Assembly: GCF_009914755.1 (NCBI RefSeq)
Contig: NC_060935.1
Strand: one strand, 5' to 3'
DNA length: 64,000 nucleotides
Source: the human T2T-CHM13v2.0 reference genome, Homo sapiens
Shown: piece after piece, positions 59,849-64,000 of the stretch
Layout of the letters: each line of letters starts with the position of its first letter
Numbering within the stretch: the first letter of the stretch is position 1
Program-made: the position numbers and the translations under genes
The notes under the pieces: generated by a model
The model's database searches: none
Seen by the model: the letters and a program-made list of their open reading frames with translations, nothing else
Told to the model about the DNA's origin: nothing

Positions 59849-61006
59849 CTTAAAATACTTCCAGGGATTTTTTTGTAGGTCTATATTAAATTATGGAGAT
59901 TTGGGCAAAAATCATTGAATTTTTAAAATCCAACATTCTGTATACTTCGTCCCTAAATTGGAAAACTACCCAATTTATTCCTTTTATGACAATATTTCTT
60001 GATATTGAGAGCCTAGTTTCATACACAGTGATGATGTTCAAAGGGGGAGATTTCTTATGATTTTACCAGGCATGTCTATATCTTGTCAATTGATTTTGAA
60101 ATTGAGTTTCATTATGTTGTCTTTGTTCCCTCCCTCCCCTTTGACAGCACTGGCCTAATTCAATAACAATGTCACAATAATCAAATGAGGTTTGGTTAGA
60201 CATTAAAAACAGGATTTTTATTTGGTGTAGATACTTAGAATCATTAAAAACACTAAAAATAGAACTTTATTTTCCCATATTTCTTGTAGGGCACCCAGAG
60301 TCTCTTGAGAATCCATCTTATTCCTGGAAAGAGAAGGTCTTACAATTGCCTTTCTAATCATCAGAAACAAGACAATGAGGGTGCTGTGCATTGACTGTTC
60401 TCTCACTACATCAGTATTTCTATACTGAGTACAAGTAATCACAGACTTAGCAGCTTAGGACAACACTTACTTATTATCTCACAGTTTCTGTAGATCCGAA
60501 ATCCAGGCAGGTCCAACAGAAACCTCTGCTCAGGATCGCCCAAGGCCAACATCAAAGAATCAGAACTATTCCTCTCCAGAGGCTCTGAGGAAGAATCTGC
60601 TTCTCACTTTACGTAGTTGGTAAGATCCAGTTCATTGCATCTCTTGGACTAAAGTCCCTATTTATTACTCAGTGTCAGTTGGCATGCGGAGGGAGAGGGT
60701 ATTGCCTCTACTCTGCCCCTTAAGGCGAACTCTATTTCTTCTAACATTGCTGTCATTATATTCAAAACCAGCAATGGCACAGCAAGTTGAAATTTCCATG
60801 ATTTCTCGTTCTGCTTTTATTTTTAAGGGATGGTACAATTACATTAGATGCACTTATATAATCTCCCTTTTGCCATATAAGTAAAATTGGGCAGTTTTCC
60901 AATTTAGGGACAAACTACACTGAATATTGAATTTTAAAAATTGAATGATTTTTGCCCAAATCTCCATAATTTAATATAGATCCACAAATATTCAAAGTAT
61001 TTTAAG
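59849..61006. repeat. Inverted duplication: arms 59849-59976 and 60884-61006
   Basis: 37-nt exact reverse-complement match 59880-59916 vs 60944-60980 inside ~125-bp arms. Confidence 0.95.
60408..60883 (-). mobile_element. MLT1E/F-type LTR, truncated at 60883
   Basis: acttagcagcttag...ttattatctcacagtttctgtag...gaggctctgaggaagaatctgc...ataatctcccttttgccatataa. Confidence 0.75.
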
Positions 61007-61164
61007 CTAAGAATTATGTCTATTCTATACATAGACAAAATAGAATTGTCTGTTGTCCAATTTAAAGGACAATAGACAAAAAACATTAGACAGGTATTGT
61101 GCAACCAAATTTTCTACACACTTTCTACCCTAGAGATGCCCAAATATATATTTCACTAGCATAC

Positions 61165-61375
61165 ACGACGGTTAAAAATCTAAGCTTTTGGGTCAACTAG
61201 GCCTAGGTTCAAGTTCAAGCTCAATTTTTTATTAATTGTGTGATTTTGTGATCTCATATTTTTATCTCTAAAATGAACGCAATGATATTACCTAACAAAA
61301 GGTTGTTGAATTGATTATGTGAAAGAAAGCATAGCAACTAATACAACAATTAACATACAGAAGGCACTAAATGAT
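61165..61375 (+). mobile_element. MIR
   Basis: ggttaaaaatctaagcttttgggtca...cctaggttcaagt...tctctaaaatg...ggttgttga. Confidence 0.65.
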
Positions 61376-62429
61376 TCTCACATGACTTAGAGTCTTGCAA
61401 ACATAAACAGCATTTATTCAGCAACTCCTAGTATGTTCCACCCAGTCCTGCAGTTAACTTGTTCCTCTCTTTAAAATCCTTCTGTTCTCAGTCATACATA
61501 ACAAAAATACCTTAAGTATTTCTGTGAATGCCCATCTCCAGAAGGTTTCAAGAATGGTAAGAAGTCAAATGCAACCTTACACATCTGTACACAGCCTATG
61601 TTACTTGTAACAAGCTGCATGTATAATTTGACAAACTCATTCAAAAGCTCCATATTTCAATTGTCCACGTTAAGGTGTCTTAATTGTGCTAAATCTTTAG
61701 TGTCAGAATATCTCATTCACTAATAGAACAGTTGTCTGTAAAAACCCATACAGTATCAGTTAAAATTTAGTTCAATACGGAATTGGAGTAATGGCATTTA
61801 CAAATTTTTTCCCCCAAAAGAATAAGAAGAAAATCACCAGTACCATTTACTTGCTTTCCATTCATTTCACCTCTGCATCTGGAGCAAAGTAAGAGAAGGA
61901 AAATGACACCAACACTAAAGTGCTATAAATCTTGACTTTTTAGAATACTGACTCCTGACCTCACGGGGGCTGTTCATGCAACACCAGGGATTGTCTTCTG
62001 CATACATTTTCTCTTTTCTTCCTAATCACTGATCACTATTCACTTTCACTCCTGGGAGTCACAACTACATTTCCTATTGCAGCCTTGATTTTATTGAGTA
62101 TTTTAAGCTAACAATTTAATCCAAATGCTTATTAAACTCTTTCTGGGAAAGTAAATTAAATTATTTTAGTAAAACTAGACTTTTATTAGTACACCAGTAA
62201 GCATGTAATGTTTATTACAGCTCAGAGATTTCAGCAAATACCTTTTAACTGAACTTATTTTGTAGCTGTCCCCTAGCAATTTTATTAAATTCAGTGGTAA
62301 TTAACGATTAGGCACCTAGATGAACTGAGTTGAATATTAGTGAATGATAGGTACATTAACTATGGAGAAATACTGACGATGAGGTGAGGAAATGCAGGAA
62401 TGGACTGATGAAAATAATGTTTAATTTCA

Positions 62430-63420
62430 GCAATATCATCCATGCTCATGGACTGAAATATCATCTATATGCCAACAACTTCCAAATTCACATCGTGCCA
62501 AGACTTATCTGAGCTTCAAGCTACTTGAAAACTTCTCTTTAATGCATTATATGTATCTCAAGCTTCATGTACAAGAAGTAACTAACATTTTCGTTAAAAC
62601 ATTCACCCCTAGTCTTTCTCATCTTAAAAATAAAAATAAAGAGCAAATACCAATCAACCTAGTTCCTTAAGTGAAAACTGTGTTAATTTTTCTTGATTAT
62701 TTTTTTTTTAAATCACTTATCATATCCAATACACATTCAAGTTCTACTGACTTAACCTCGAAAGGACACTTTGAAAACAGCACAGTTAAGTAGACTCTCC
62801 TTTTATCTTTACTACTCCACAAGCCAATCCTAAAACAGCACTGAGAGTGACCTTTATAAAACATACATTTGAGGATACTAACTGATAATCTCCAATCGCA
62901 TCCTATAGGACTTAGAACAAAACCCAAATCCCTAACCCTTGCCTACAAGGCTTTGTAAAATCTGGCCCCATGTTATACCACTATCTCACTTGTTCCTTAT
63001 ATTCTAGCTTTATTGTCCTTCATTCTGGGCCTTGAAAATAGCAAGCCTGTTTCTATACTGTGGTCTTTATATTAGACCTTTCCTGTTCCTGGAATAATGT
63101 TCTGCCTCCGGATCACTTCATGGCAGCTCTTTCATGTTATTCAGACCTTAGCTTTACTGTGTCTCACAGGACTGCAAGGTCCTCTTTGAATACTCAATAC
63201 CTCCTAAGCCACTTTCTTGCATATCATCCTGTGACTGCACTCGTCTTGAACAGATATTAACTTGCTTTTGAATTTGTTCATTCTTTGATTGCTGCATTAC
63301 CCCCTCCATTGCCTATTAATAGAAAACAAGCTCTATTTCTCCATATCAGCAAGTACTTTTCTATTCTGCCCCTTACCTCCTTAGTATCCCTCTGATCTGT
63401 GACAGACAATAAAAACTTTT
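62430..63420 (+). mobile_element. L2 fragment
   Basis: atcatctatatgccaacaacttccaaatt...cttagaacaaaacccaaatcccta...ctacaaggc...ttcctgttcctggaataatg. Confidence 0.7.
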
Positions 63421-63519
63421 AAAATTTATAAAATATAATTATTATTTAAAAAGTTCTTCTTCCATTTCCTGACTCTTAATTTGAAATTAAAAATAGTCCC
63501 CTATATCTGAGGCTAAGAC

Positions 63520-63830
63520 AAATAATCGAATGCTATATTCTCCTCCCTGTAAGTTTTCAAAAATAAACTACCAGGTACAGTGAGTATTCTTTAGCTTTGT
63601 ATTCAAGGCTTTTCAGGATCTCTTCAACCTATGCCAATTCTCTCTACTTTTTTTATGTTACATTTATTCTATTCAAGCTGAATGATTCCATTTTCTCATA
63701 GATGTGCTCCTGTAATATTTTATCTTCAAACATTTGTTATTACTGTCCTCTTTTCCTGGAATCTCCTTCTTCTCATGCCCACATTTTGATATTTTTGACC
63801 TTTAGAAATAGTTCCAAGGCATTATAAATA
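63520..63830 (+). mobile_element. L2 fragment
   Basis: ttagctttgtattcaaggcttttcaggatct...tttcctggaatctccttc. Confidence 0.5.
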
Positions 63831-64000
63831 GACTCAATATATTCTTAAAATATTAGTCGTAGACTTTTTGTTTTTGGTAAATTCATACTTCTGGGCATCA
63901 GTTGCCTCATTTTTGAATTAAGAGGTTGAAGTCGACAAAATGACATATGTATGGACCCTTGAATGTATCACTACAGCATGAAGGGGAAATAACAGCCTTT

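Overview
Primate (human-like) genomic DNA, AT-rich and intergenic or deep-intronic in character. No host protein-coding exon can be supported; the long ORFs in the track are decayed L1 ORF1/ORF2, Alu, MaLR or MER52 frames. The window is dominated by transposable elements. These are about 13 Alus, L1s from L1M/L1PB age to L1PA4-like (one with a twin-primed 5' inversion), a MER52 solo LTR, a complete THE1 provirus, many MaLR/ERVL LTRs, L2, MIR and a MADE1. Subfamily names come from remembered consensus sequences and need RepeatMasker/Dfam confirmation. Several structures are not explained by simple insertion. (1) A ~3.05 kb composite (LTR 3' part, unique DNA, ERV1-int with a tRNA-Glu relic, L1PB 3' end) splits one L2 at a single site with a probable TSD (40875-43930). 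(2) There are three independent inverted duplications of different ages: 3733-3895/5085-5241, ~22946-23347/~23835-24216 and 59849-59976/60884-61006. (3) A deletion fuses an L1P3 to an MSTA internal region at a 12-bp palindrome. I do not see evidence for a new coding system.
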